From a virus, in IMG/VR virus record IMGVR_UViG_3300005095_000173, positions 1 to 64,000 of that record: a stretch of DNA of 64,000 nucleotides; one strand, 5' to 3'. Positions within the stretch are counted from its first letter, which is position 1, and each line of letters opens with the position of its first letter. Below the pieces are notes generated by a model. It was given only the letters and a program-made list of their open reading frames with translations, had not been told where the DNA came from and ran no database searches. Position numbers and translations under genes: made by a program. Positions 26,068-35,606 of the stretch are shown piece after piece.

Positions 26068-26725
26068 CCCGTTTGAAGTCGAAGTATTCAGTAAAAAAGA
26101 AGACCGAACATTCTATCGTGATTCCTTGGGATGCCGAACTGTAGGTATTCCAGGGTGTGAAGGCTGTACTATTGATACTCTTACTATTTCAAACAGTAAA
26201 CGAATTAGCTCAACGGAGCTTATTGTCGCTAAAATTAAGGCATCATTTTATTCTGGATTATTTGATAATATTGGGGTATCTTCAGATGGAAATTGGATTG
26301 AATTAAAGTTTAAACCAGATCTTCCTGTACTTACAGTTAAACCTTTGATTACATTTATTCGCGTATATATTTATGGGCATGAAGATATTATTCCATACAT
26401 TCGAGAGCTATTTTACCATCGTGGGATTAAGCGAGATTCGTGGGTGTTTTTACCCACTGGGGCTTCTGGCAATGGCAGCGAGCAATTTGCATTATATTTT
26501 TATGAGTGGGAAATGTTTAAAAACCCAGATTATTTCTTTGAATTTATTGATCACGCAAGGAACAAATGTATTGGATGTAATAATTATTCCATGATTAAAT
26601 TTCCTAAAATTAGTAATCTTGACGATGAACTGGAAACCTATCGAAAATTAACTCGTCGGAGAAAGAATTCTTTTTATGATGTTGTAACGGCAGTTTACAA
26701 ATATCAATACAACGGAGAGTGGTAA
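26060..26725 (+). CDS. hypothetical protein
   Basis: GGAGG RBS before ATG 26060; N-terminal LGCRT. Confidence 0.7.
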   Translation: MSSPFEVEVFSKKEDRTFYRDSLGCRTVGIPGCEGCTIDTLTISNSKRISSTELIVAKIKASFYSGLFDNIGVSSDGNWIELKFKPDLPVLTVKPLITFIRVYIYGHEDIIPYIRELFYHRGIKRDSWVFLPTGASGNGSEQFALYFYEWEMFKNPDYFFEFIDHARNKCIGCNNYSMIKFPKISNLDDELETYRKLTRRRKNSFYDVVTAVYKYQYNGEW

Positions 26726-26726
26726 A

Positions 26727-28943
26727 ATGCGACATCTGTTTCTTCTTGCTGGAGAACCTGCTGTTGGAAAATCTTCTTGGATTAAAGAAAACGCACTTGA
26801 GACTTTTACACTTTCAGCTGATCAAATTCGATTAATGATGGAAGGGCCGCGAGTAAGTCCTGATGGTGGCCGTTATATTTCCCAGAAGAATGATAAAAAA
26901 GTTTGGGAATTATTAATAAGTATTTTAGAAGAACGAATGAAACGTGGAGAAACTGTATTCATTGACGCAACGCATTCTCGCGCTCGTTCTATTAATCGTT
27001 ATCGTAAATTAGCTAAAAAATATCGTTATCGAGTAACAGTTATTAACTTTCATGGGCGTAAAACTATTGATCAACTACTTGAAGATAATAATACACGTGG
27101 TTACCGAGCCGTTCCTGAAAAGGTTATTTATAATATTTATCACCGACTAGAAACAATGGAGTTTCCTGGTTGGGTAAATGTAATTACTCCAGAAGAATAT
27201 AATGACGATATTAGACACGACTGGACCGATAGATTCGATCATATTGCTGTTATTGGTGATATTCATGGAAATTATTATACTCTACTTAAACTTATAGAAC
27301 AAATGCAAAAAGAACTCACAGGGGAAACCGCATGGGTGTTTCTTGGTGATTATTTTGATCGTGGAAAATTTAATGCTGAAGTCTTCAGATTTATGCAAAA
27401 ATTTATTGATAATAACTTTGTTATTCCTTTGACTGGTAACCATGATTTTAAATGGTTACCCAGGTATGAGGAGTTTATTAATGGAAAGTTTGAAGGTCGT
27501 CGTCCCCCGCAACACACTGTAAATACTTTTATCCAATTCAAAAAAGCTGGGATTACTGTAAAAGAAGTAAAGAATTTTTATAATAAATTGGCACAATTAG
27601 TATTTGTTAAATTTGGAAGGGACTATTATGTTATGACTCATGGAGGTATTCCTATTCTTCCTTCTATTTATAGTACTACTGAAGACTTTATTTTTGGTGT
27701 AGGTACTTATGAAGATTCTGAATTAGTTGATGAAACCTTTTCTGAAAAGTGGAACAGCAAATATCTTGATTATTGTTTCTTTAGTATCCACGGGCACCGT
27801 AATATTTTTGGTGTTGATATTCATAATACTAAGTTTACTTATAATCTTAATGGAGATGCGGAATATTTAGGTGGAGAACTTCGTGGTATTATTATTCATA
27901 AGCACGGTACCATTAACGAATTTCGTCAGAAAGGACTAAATCCAATGTACGCAAGTAAGAAAAGAAAGTCCAACGAAGAGATTACTATTGATAATATATT
28001 AGATAAAATGACAGAACACAACTTCGTTAAAGTGAAGGATCTTGGAAACAATACTTATGCTATTAATTTTACCAACAAAGCATTTAGGAAAAAGAAGTGG
28101 GACGACCTTACTGTTAAAGCGCGTGGTTTGTTTATTGCCAAAGACGAAAATGGCAATAATTTTGTATTAGCACGTAGCTATGAAAAGTTTTTCAATCTTA
28201 ATGAACGAGAAGAGACCAAGCAGCGTAACCTTGTATTAGCAGAATACCCCGCCGTTGCTTATAAAAAATATAATGGTTTCCTTGGATTACTTTCTGTTGA
28301 TCCACGAACAAATGAATTTTTTATCACTACAAAAGGTAGCAACAAGGGTGACTATGTTGATATGTTTAAGGAAGTTATCTCTCCGTATCTAACTGATGAG
28401 TTAAAGAATTTCTTATCTAAATCGAACACTACTATGGTATTTGAAGTTATACATAAAAACGATCCTCACATTGTTGATTATGGTGGAAACAATTTTGTTG
28501 TACTTCTTGATATTGTCTTTAATGAATTAAAAGAACGAAAATTTAAGTACAGTAATCTTGTTGGTATTGGAAAGAAGTTTGGATTTAATGTAAAAGAAAT
28601 TTATTCAGAAATCAACTCTTATGATGAATTAGTAAATCTTATTGATGAGTTACATAGTTTTGATATTATGACTAATGAAGGTATCGAAGGCGTTGTGGTA
28701 GAATTTACTGATGGATTCAAAGTAAAAATTAAAAGTAACTGGTATATTTTCTGGAAAATCTGGCGTGGTCGAAGATACTTCATTGATAAGCTTAATGGAG
28801 ACAAAGGTAAAATTAACCAGTTTAAAGAATCTTTACACTCAGGTGAGGATTTTATTGTGTTGGACTTTATGCTTAATGCAGACATTGATTTGAAAGAGAC
28901 GGATATTATTTCCATTCGTAAAATGATACTTGAGGAAATATAG
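26727..28943 (+). CDS. fused polynucleotide kinase - metallophosphoesterase - Rnl1-type RNA ligase
   Basis: GEPAVGKS/DAT kinase; GDIHG, GDYFDRG, GNHD, HGG, HGH; ARGLF, EKFFN, KYNG, EGVV, KIK ligase motifs. Confidence 0.92.
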   Translation: MRHLFLLAGEPAVGKSSWIKENALETFTLSADQIRLMMEGPRVSPDGGRYISQKNDKKVWELLISILEERMKRGETVFIDATHSRARSINRYRKLAKKYRYRVTVINFHGRKTIDQLLEDNNTRGYRAVPEKVIYNIYHRLETMEFPGWVNVITPEEYNDDIRHDWTDRFDHIAVIGDIHGNYYTLLKLIEQMQKELTGETAWVFLGDYFDRGKFNAEVFRFMQKFIDNNFVIPLTGNHDFKWLPRYEEFINGKFEGRRPPQHTVNTFIQFKKAGITVKEVKNFYNKLAQLVFVKFGRDYYVMTHGGIPILPSIYSTTEDFIFGVGTYEDSELVDETFSEKWNSKYLDYCFFSIHGHRNIFGVDIHNTKFTYNLNGDAEYLGGELRGIIIHKHGTINEFRQKGLNPMYASKKRKSNEEITIDNILDKMTEHNFVKVKDLGNNTYAINFTNKAFRKKKWDDLTVKARGLFIAKDENGNNFVLARSYEKFFNLNEREETKQRNLVLAEYPAVAYKKYNGFLGLLSVDPRTNEFFITTKGSNKGDYVDMFKEVISPYLTDELKNFLSKSNTTMVFEVIHKNDPHIVDYGGNNFVVLLDIVFNELKERKFKYSNLVGIGKKFGFNVKEIYSEINSYDELVNLIDELHSFDIMTNEGIEGVVVEFTDGFKVKIKSNWYIFWKIWRGRRYFIDKLNGDKGKINQFKESLHSGEDFIVLDFMLNADIDLKETDIISIRKMILEEI

Positions 28944-28944
28944 C

Positions 28945-29133
28945 ATGTTTTGTATCTTAATATTTCTACTTCTTGTAATATATTTTCTTACATTTGCTAT
29001 TAATTTGACTATAGAAATTATTAGTAGTAAGAAATATGTGGACTTAATTACAACAGTTCCTCTTTATGCCATTGCAATTTATATCTTCTATAGTATGGTT
29101 ACACACTGGAATGAAATTATTTATATGCACTAA
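28945..29133 (+). CDS. small membrane protein (tandem paralog)
   Basis: INLTIEIISSKKYV..PLYAIAIYI. Confidence 0.65.
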   Translation: MFCILIFLLLVIYFLTFAINLTIEIISSKKYVDLITTVPLYAIAIYIFYSMVTHWNEIIYMH

Positions 29134-29147
29134 GAGGAGCGATAAAT

Positions 29148-29345
29148 ATGCTACTAGATTTGATTCTATTCTTTTTTGCTATTTATATTATAATATTGAC
29201 AATTAATTTAACAATAGAACTTATTTCAAAAAAACAATATGTGTATATAATTGCGACAATCCCATTGTATGCTATTGCTGTTTATATTATTTATCATATA
29301 ATTATCTATTACAATGTATTAAGTAAAATCATTTACCTATTCTAA
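29148..29345 (+). CDS. small membrane protein (tandem paralog)
   Basis: INLTIELISKKQYV..PLYAIAVYI. Confidence 0.7.
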   Translation: MLLDLILFFFAIYIIILTINLTIELISKKQYVYIIATIPLYAIAVYIIYHIIIYYNVLSKIIYLF

Positions 29346-29359
29346 AGGAGATATATATA

Positions 29360-29716
29360 ATGAAAATCAAAGAAGAAATCTGTCCAATTTGTGGAGAAAC
29401 GAATTACATTAAAATCTCTGGTACTGAACTTATCGAAAATTTAGTGTGTAAACACTTTACTGGCGCAACAATTTCAACAAAATTTATTAAAGGCGGTACA
29501 GCATTAGTCACAACAGTGAAAATGGATTTTAATTACACCCATGAAGAACAAAAGCTTTACATTTTATATAAAGCCATTAAAGATCTTATTGTTATTAAAG
29601 ATGTTGATTATTGTCCTGTATGTGGAGAGCATTTACCAAATCACAAACATAACTGCTTTCTTAAAGAATTAGATTGTACATTTAAACTTGTAAATGAAAG
29701 GAGTAAACATGTCTGA
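29360..29716 (+). CDS. Zn-binding protein
   Basis: CPICGE..CKHF; CPVCGE..H..NC. Confidence 0.7.
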   Translation: MKIKEEICPICGETNYIKISGTELIENLVCKHFTGATISTKFIKGGTALVTTVKMDFNYTHEEQKLYILYKAIKDLIVIKDVDYCPVCGEHLPNHKHNCFLKELDCTFKLVNERSKHV

Positions 29717-29846
29717 TAAAATCATGGATCCAAATAATGAAGAGGAATATTATTGGGATGAAGATCTTGACTTAGACGAACTCATTGAGGAAACTCTTGG
29801 AGGAAGTAATGACTACAGTTTTAGTGAAGAACAAATCTACGAATAA
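29709..29846 (+). CDS. very acidic 45-aa peptide (not in ORF track)
   Basis: AAGGAG RBS; MSDKIMDPNNEEEYYWDEDLDLDELIEETLGGSNDYSFSEEQIYE. Confidence 0.55.
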   Translation: MSDKIMDPNNEEEYYWDEDLDLDELIEETLGGSNDYSFSEEQIYE

Positions 29847-30000
29847 AATTGAATACGTTTTTTCGGAGGTATATCGAGCCAGCTGTATATATAACCCACG
29901 AACATTTACTACTAATGTTATAGTTATAGATAAATTTGGGAAAATATCTGATATTAATCTTGATGGTGAATATGTCATTGAAGTTGTAGGAAAGGAGTAG
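29809..30000 (+). CDS. hypothetical protein
   Basis: GGAGG RBS before MTTVLV. Confidence 0.6.
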   Translation: MTTVLVKNKSTNKIEYVFSEVYRASCIYNPRTFTTNVIVIDKFGKISDINLDGEYVIEVVGKE

Positions 30001-30005
30001 ATAAC

Positions 30006-30245
30006 ATGATTGTTGTAATCAAATGCAAAAGAGAAGACCGAAAAGAAGGTTATGAATCCAAAATTGCAATTAGTGATGTGAGCCGTGTCTCACGTAAAGT
30101 TAAAAAGACGGAAACAGTTACAGATGGTTGGACTGTAGTTGATTATACAACTATCTTTGAAATTTATTATAATGAAGAAAGTGAAAGTAGTTACGAAAAA
30201 TTTAAATTTAATGATTATTGTATTTTTGAGGTACTGCCAGAATGA
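30006..30245 (+). CDS. hypothetical protein
   Basis: AAGGAG RBS. Confidence 0.6.
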   Translation: MIVVIKCKREDRKEGYESKIAISDVSRVSRKVKKTETVTDGWTVVDYTTIFEIYYNEESESSYEKFKFNDYCIFEVLPE

Positions 30246-30442
30246 ATGTTGACATCTTAAATTTTGCAATTAGCACCTTACTTGTTTCTACTGCGGTCAC
30301 AATTGTCCTAATTATTAAAAGTAAAAACTATTTTGATACTATAGAAATTATTTTTGTAATTATGTTAAGTGTTATTATTGGAGTGTTTATTGGTATCAGT
30401 TGCCTGTTAATTTACATTGTCCAGCAACTACTTTGCGTATAA
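30242..30442 (+). CDS. small 2-TM protein
   Basis: hydrophobic; ATGA overlap. Confidence 0.6.
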   Translation: MNVDILNFAISTLLVSTAVTIVLIIKSKNYFDTIEIIFVIMLSVIIGVFIGISCLLIYIVQQLLCV

Positions 30443-30453
30443 GGAGGAATAAA

Positions 30454-30744
30454 ATGTATTTTGGATTTTCTATTCTTGACTCCAATATTAGTAGACGAAC
30501 AGATAATAAAGAAAATTATTTTGGATTTTGGTTAGCTATTCTTGATGTATTCTTTGGAGATACATCATTAAGTTTGTTCTCCATTCACATTGAGAAAGAC
30601 TGGGTTAACTTGTCTATTTTTATTCGGTTCTTGTTTATTTTCATGATAACTAATAAACCAAAAGACGAAGCCTATTTAGAAAAAAGTTTGATTAATTTTT
30701 ATAATGTATTTGGAAAACAATATGGTGTTGAAGAAAAGGACTAG
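30454..30744 (+). CDS. hypothetical protein
   Basis: AAGGAGG RBS; internal YFGF repeat. Confidence 0.6.
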   Translation: MYFGFSILDSNISRRTDNKENYFGFWLAILDVFFGDTSLSLFSIHIEKDWVNLSIFIRFLFIFMITNKPKDEAYLEKSLINFYNVFGKQYGVEEKD

Positions 30745-30749
30745 ATAAG

Positions 30750-31016
30750 ATGTTTATATGTAAAAACTGCGGAAGAGAGTTGTCATTAAAGGTAGTAGCA
30801 GAATACACTCCATTTACAAAAGCACAGTTTTTACAATCTATAAAAGAAGGGGACTTTTCAACAATTATGAGTGAAAGCGATGATTATGTCTTAGTAACCT
30901 GCTATGCCTGTGGACACCCTGCTTTATCTAAAAAAGATTATAAATTGCTAAACGAGTATTTTACTATTATAGGTAATTACTTTCCTTCAGACAAAGAAAT
31001 TGAAGTTAAAAACTGA
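30750..31016 (+). CDS. Zn-ribbon protein
   Basis: CKNC...CYAC. Confidence 0.65.
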   Translation: MFICKNCGRELSLKVVAEYTPFTKAQFLQSIKEGDFSTIMSESDDYVLVTCYACGHPALSKKDYKLLNEYFTIIGNYFPSDKEIEVKN

Positions 31017-31017
31017 T

Positions 31018-31209
31018 ATGGAGAAACAGATATACAGGTTACTTGCGGAATTAGAGCAAGACAAAAAACTTTTAGAATTTTTCAGAACTAATTTACAAGA
31101 GTATATAAATCCATTAGATGGTAATATTGATATATGGACTTTTATTAGTGATATTGACAATAACTCAATTAATTTAGAGGAAATATTAGAGTTATTAACG
31201 AAAATTTAG
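31018..31209 (+). CDS. hypothetical protein
   Basis: last + strand ORF before the convergent terminator. Confidence 0.55.
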   Translation: MEKQIYRLLAELEQDKKLLEFFRTNLQEYINPLDGNIDIWTFISDIDNNSINLEEILELLTKI

Positions 31210-31227
31210 AGACATCAACAGAACAAA

Positions 31228-31265
31228 CAAAGCCCCTACCTAAATTGGTAGGGGCTTTTTTATTT
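31228..31265. terminator. bidirectional intrinsic terminator at strand convergence
   Basis: AAAGCCCCTACC/GGTAGGGGCTTT with A-rich and T-rich flanks. Confidence 0.9.
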
Positions 31266-31275
31266 AATTACGCAT

Positions 31276-33558
31276 TTACATTAGTACCTGTGTAATCTTA
31301 CTCTTATCTCTGTAAATTGTTCCACCCTTTAATCTATATTCCCACATAAGCATAAATGCTTTTTCAACATCTTCAATAGTCGCTTCATGTGGCATATTGA
31401 TTGTTTTACTAACAGAATTGCTGATATACTTCTGCCAAGCGGCCTGCATTTTAATGTGTTCTTCTGGTGTAAGTTCTTTTGAAGTAATAAATACTTTCTG
31501 TAATTTCTCTGGAACGTGGGGGGCATCTTTAAGTGTTCCATTCTCCAATACATATTCTTTCACTTCTTCAATTTGTTCTTCTGTAAGACCATACTTTCTT
31601 AATTTACTTTCAAGTAAGTCATTCATTATAATTACAGTCTTGATTGCATCATTTTCTCCAAGAGAGATATTTCGCTTATACGCTAAGGCGAAGAAAGGTT
31701 CAATGGCAGAATTTACTTCACCAATTAATGCAATACTTCCAGTAGGTTGAATTGCCGTCCAAGATACATTCCGTAGAGGACGCTTCACATTATAGTTAAC
31801 TCCATCACGGTTCATTACCTTCTCTATAAATGCAAAGTTTACTTTTTCAGAATCATATAACTCAAATGCTCCCTTTTCCTCGCCTAAGTTATATGATTCA
31901 TCAATTGCAATTGCGGTAATAAACCAACTTAGATACTCCGCTAATTTATAGGCTTCCTCGCTATTGTATGGAATCTCTAACAGGGCGAGTAAATCTGCCC
32001 ATCCCATTACGCCTAAACCCATTCTCCGTAAACTTCTTACGACTTTATTAATATCTTCTAATGGAGTTTTGGAGACAGTAATTACATCGTCCAAAAATCG
32101 TATAGAAATTCTTATCACTTCTTCTAACAATGGAAAGTTAATTGAATTTGTTTCTTCTTCATAAAACTTAGGTAAATTAATGGCACCTAAATTACAGGCT
32201 TCTTTGTCAAATAGGAAAATTTCTCCACAGTTATGAATTACAAAACCATTAGCGATAGATTCAGGTTCTCCTTCTTTTACTTTGAAGTCAAATACATCTA
32301 CTGGTTCTTCATGCTCGACAATCTCTATAATGACATCCTCTGAAATAGTATTGTTATCGTAAACAATGACAGTCTCGTTTAATAAATACTGTGCTTCTCT
32401 CCATTCACCATTTGAAAGTTTTACTAAATGGTCTGGAGTAAGAGTAATTTCTTTTCCAAATTTTGTTTTTAGAGTAATTACTTTCTTTTTACCCGTCCAC
32501 CAAATTAATTTATCACCAGCATCATATACTCTAGATAAAATACCATTCTCTAATTTAGTATAAAATGGAGTCGCCTGAAATTTATCTAAATCTCCAATTC
32601 TATAGTAACAGTCTTCGTGGTTACATTTGTTATTTTTTAATATCGTATCACCAATAATACATGGATTTGACCCTCTTAATGCTCCATAATAAGGGACAAT
32701 ATTATCTTCGTTTACTCTATCTAAAAATATAACTCCAGGGTCTCCACTTTCCCACGCTCTTGCCGCCATTAGTTTTAACAAACCTTTAGCCTTTACTTTC
32801 TTCTTTACTTTACCGTCTAAAGGTGATACTAATTCCCATTCTTTATCTTCTTTTACTGCTTTCATAAAATCATCTAAAACACCCACAGAAATATTGAAAT
32901 GCGTCATCTGAGTATCTCTCAGTACTTCTGCAATTGTTTTTTGAACATTATCTGCTAATTTCTCTCCTTCTCGCTTTTCAAATAACTTCTTTACAGTAGC
33001 AATAAATTGCTTTGACTTCTCAGACAAAGTAGATTTCATATTAATGAATTCTATAATATCTGGGTGGTCAACATTTAGAATTGCCATTTGAGCGCCTCTT
33101 CGTGAGGCTTGCTCAATTACCTCACCTGTAGTATCAAATAATTCCATGAATGAAACTGGCCCACTTGCTTTACCACCAGTACCTTTAATATATGCTCCCT
33201 TTTCTCTTAGTTGAGAAAAGTTATAACCTAATCCACCACCATGTGCAAAGATTTCAGCCGCATTCTTTAGTGTTTCATAAATACCTTGGCGGCTATCTTC
33301 AATATCCATATAAAAACAGTTCATCAGATTCTCGATTTCTGTTCCAGCATTAGCAAGAATTCTACCACCAGGAATAAAGTATCGTTCATAAATAATTTGA
33401 TAAAACTTTCTCATCCAATAGTTCTGTAACTCTTCTGTTTCTTCTGCCTTGGCTACATGTGATACCACACGTAATACTGTATCTTCCCAACCATTTTCAC
33501 CTGGTTTTTGATATTTACTCTTGTAAACAAAATTTGCGACGTCGCTCTTGAAAGTCAT
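31276..33558 (-). CDS. nrdJ: class II (B12-dependent) ribonucleotide reductase with mini-intein
   Basis: PGGRILANAG, NCF, GGGLG, ASGPVSFM, RRGAQM, SNP|CGE, ACNLG, GLGVMG, QPTGS, SVSKTIN. Confidence 0.93.
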   Translation of the reverse strand: MTFKSDVANFVYKSKYQKPGENGWEDTVLRVVSHVAKAEETEELQNYWMRKFYQIIYERYFIPGGRILANAGTEIENLMNCFYMDIEDSRQGIYETLKNAAEIFAHGGGLGYNFSQLREKGAYIKGTGGKASGPVSFMELFDTTGEVIEQASRRGAQMAILNVDHPDIIEFINMKSTLSEKSKQFIATVKKLFEKREGEKLADNVQKTIAEVLRDTQMTHFNISVGVLDDFMKAVKEDKEWELVSPLDGKVKKKVKAKGLLKLMAARAWESGDPGVIFLDRVNEDNIVPYYGALRGSNPCIIGDTILKNNKCNHEDCYYRIGDLDKFQATPFYTKLENGILSRVYDAGDKLIWWTGKKKVITLKTKFGKEITLTPDHLVKLSNGEWREAQYLLNETVIVYDNNTISEDVIIEIVEHEEPVDVFDFKVKEGEPESIANGFVIHNCGEIFLFDKEACNLGAINLPKFYEEETNSINFPLLEEVIRISIRFLDDVITVSKTPLEDINKVVRSLRRMGLGVMGWADLLALLEIPYNSEEAYKLAEYLSWFITAIAIDESYNLGEEKGAFELYDSEKVNFAFIEKVMNRDGVNYNVKRPLRNVSWTAIQPTGSIALIGEVNSAIEPFFALAYKRNISLGENDAIKTVIIMNDLLESKLRKYGLTEEQIEEVKEYVLENGTLKDAPHVPEKLQKVFITSKELTPEEHIKMQAAWQKYISNSVSKTINMPHEATIEDVEKAFMLMWEYRLKGGTIYRDKSKITQVLM
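32230..32661 (-). mobile_element. mini-intein (144 aa) in NrdJ
   Basis: CIIGDT...TLTPDH...VFDF...NGFVIHN, followed by Cys+1 of NPCGE. Confidence 0.92.
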
Positions 33559-33586
33559 ACTGCCTCCTTCTCATAATGTAAAATAA

Positions 33587-33617
33587 AAGGGGCAGACTTA
33601 AACTTCATCTGCCCCTT
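33587..33617 (-). terminator. hairpin/terminator upstream of nrdJ
   Basis: AAGGGGCAGA/TCTGCCCCTT with T-rich tail on - strand. Confidence 0.6.
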
Positions 33618-33642
33618 GAAAGTCCTAGGGGTTTTATATTAA

Positions 33643-33888
33643 TTATACCACGAAACGCTTAAATCGTTTCCCAGCATTTTTTATCAAATCAGAGAGTTCC
33701 TTCTTCGACAAGTTTATTCCGCCAATCCCTTGCACACATTCTCCTTCACATGCAAACATAACTACAGCGTTAAATCCACCAACATTTGCCTTATAAAGAG
33801 TCAATGACTTAGCCCAATCAGGCTTATCCATCCTTTTATATGCTACATTATCTTTAGAAATCCAGAAAAATATTACACACTCAGGCAT
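33643..33888 (-). CDS. hypothetical protein
   Basis: GAGGAG RBS, 81 aa. Confidence 0.65.
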   Translation of the reverse strand: MPECVIFFWISKDNVAYKRMDKPDWAKSLTLYKANVGGFNAVVMFACEGECVQGIGGINLSKKELSDLIKNAGKRFKRFVV

Positions 33889-33933
33889 AACTCCTCTACC
33901 AATCTTAAGAATTGTTTAAAAACTAATACCATC

Positions 33934-34398
33934 TTACCAGTCCTCTAATTCTTCTTCTGTAATTGCTTCGGCTTTAGTTACCTGAGTTACAATACCGCCT
34001 TTTCCTGAACGTTCAGACTTTGCTTCCAACTCTTTCACTTCTACAATCTCGGGTGTAGCAATCTTTACAAATACCCCCTGACCAATTGGGTCTCCATGCT
34101 TAATAGCAATTGGTCGGTCAAAAATATTGAAAATCTTAAACATAATCTCACCAGGTTCATAGTAAGCATCAACTACACCTGCACCAATTAACCAGTTGTT
34201 TTTCCCCTTTGGTTTCAATAATAGCATATATCCCTCTGGAATTTCTACAGAAACCCCAGTTTTTACAATCTTGAAACCATGTGGCTCAATAATATAATTC
34301 CCATGAGCATAAAAATCCATCCCTGCATCAGTAGGGTTTTTACGTGTTGGAATTAGGGCATCTTCTTTTAGTTTAGTAGCCTTGACTTCATTTAGCAT
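33934..34398 (-). CDS. dut: dUTPase (trimeric)
   Basis: DAGMDF, KTGV, GVVDAYY, GDPIGQ, RSGKGG. Confidence 0.88.
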   Translation of the reverse strand: MLNEVKATKLKEDALIPTRKNPTDAGMDFYAHGNYIIEPHGFKIVKTGVSVEIPEGYMLLLKPKGKNNWLIGAGVVDAYYEPGEIMFKIFNIFDRPIAIKHGDPIGQGVFVKIATPEIVEVKELEAKSERSGKGGIVTQVTKAEAITEEELEDW

Positions 34399-34409
34399 TA
34401 TCTTCCTCC

Positions 34410-34949
34410 TTATACCAAATGTCTATATCCGAAGTAAAATCCATCAAATGGATTTCTAAATCTTGGTTCTGTTACATCAGGATGAGAAAAACTCTGAACG
34501 CAAACTGCAATTGTATTTCTATGATTTACTAAATTCTCTAATCTGTCATCTAATAAAATATTAACATCATTTTCTTCACAGAATCGCTGTTTGTTATTTG
34601 TAAAGAATACTGCTTCTGGAGCGGGGAAATCCTTCAACCACTGCTTTGTAGTAAACTCTACCTCTTTTGGACGAGAAGTTAGATAAATAATTTCTACTGG
34701 GTATTCTTCATATATTCTCCAAACACTTGCGATAATATCAGGATTAGGAAGCCGTCTTCCGTAAATCTCAGGAATTCGCATAATATTTTCTATAAAACGG
34801 GCGTTCTTATTTCTCAAGAATTTGAACGCCTCTTTTACCGTTGTCCCTTTTGGAAGCATTCCCTTATCTACTGCCCAATCTCGGAATACTTCATGGTAAG
34901 GGTAAAGTACTCCGTCTAAATCAATTGCCATAAGAAAAGGCTTCATCAA
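34410..34949 (-). CDS. HAD 5'(3')-deoxyribonucleotidase
   Basis: IDLDGVL, LTSRP, K, LLDDRLEN. Confidence 0.85.
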   Translation of the reverse strand: MMKPFLMAIDLDGVLYPYHEVFRDWAVDKGMLPKGTTVKEAFKFLRNKNARFIENIMRIPEIYGRRLPNPDIIASVWRIYEEYPVEIIYLTSRPKEVEFTTKQWLKDFPAPEAVFFTNNKQRFCEENDVNILLDDRLENLVNHRNTIAVCVQSFSHPDVTEPRFRNPFDGFYFGYRHLV

Positions 34950-35154
34950 TTATCTCCTGCTCAAGAATAGATAGTTTTTCCATGTACACTTTTAGTTCTC
35001 GGTCAACATTTTCTAAAGTAACATCACCAAGAATTCGTTGGAATAAAACCTCATCAAATTCTTTCATATCGTTTAGTGCATAATAAACATTTTCTAGTTT
35101 CTCAACGATATTTCTATGGCGTTTTAATTCGTTGTATAAATTTCTCATTACCAA
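34921..35154 (-). CDS. hypothetical protein
   Basis: coupled ORF. Confidence 0.6.
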   Translation of the reverse strand: MVMRNLYNELKRHRNIVEKLENVYYALNDMKEFDEVLFQRILGDVTLENVDRELKVYMEKLSILEQEIIDEAFSYGN

Positions 35155-35606
35155 TCCTCCTCATCAGGTTTAGGACATACTCGCTTAGCAATATTAATTA
35201 CTCCATTTGTTAATCTTTCTTCTAATTCAGATAAACTACCGAATTCATGTTGTACGCCACCTGGTGGGTTTGATAACCAGGTAAACACATAAGACAATGC
35301 CACATTTCCTTCAACAGTAAGTGGGTCATAACTCTTTCCGTAATAGTCATTTGTTTGGTAAATTCCCTGTTCAAGAATGTCCCATAACTTTCTTGCATAC
35401 CATTCTAATACTGCTTTCTTAAGTGTGTCATTCAACGGTAAGTCATCAATGCTACTGTAAACATTATTTAGTTCTTCTCCCTCAGCAAATTTCAACGCCT
35501 TCTTCAATACCTCTGGAGAGTATACAGAACCTAAAGTTTTCACTAACTCATCTTCAGGAATTTGATACTTCAATCGGTTGAAAATGGATTTCTTACTCAT
35601 TACCAT
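35148..35606 (-). CDS. hypothetical protein
   Basis: coupled ORF, 152 aa. Confidence 0.7.
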   Translation of the reverse strand: MVMSKKSIFNRLKYQIPEDELVKTLGSVYSPEVLKKALKFAEGEELNNVYSSIDDLPLNDTLKKAVLEWYARKLWDILEQGIYQTNDYYGKSYDPLTVEGNVALSYVFTWLSNPPGGVQHEFGSLSELEERLTNGVINIAKRVCPKPDEEDW

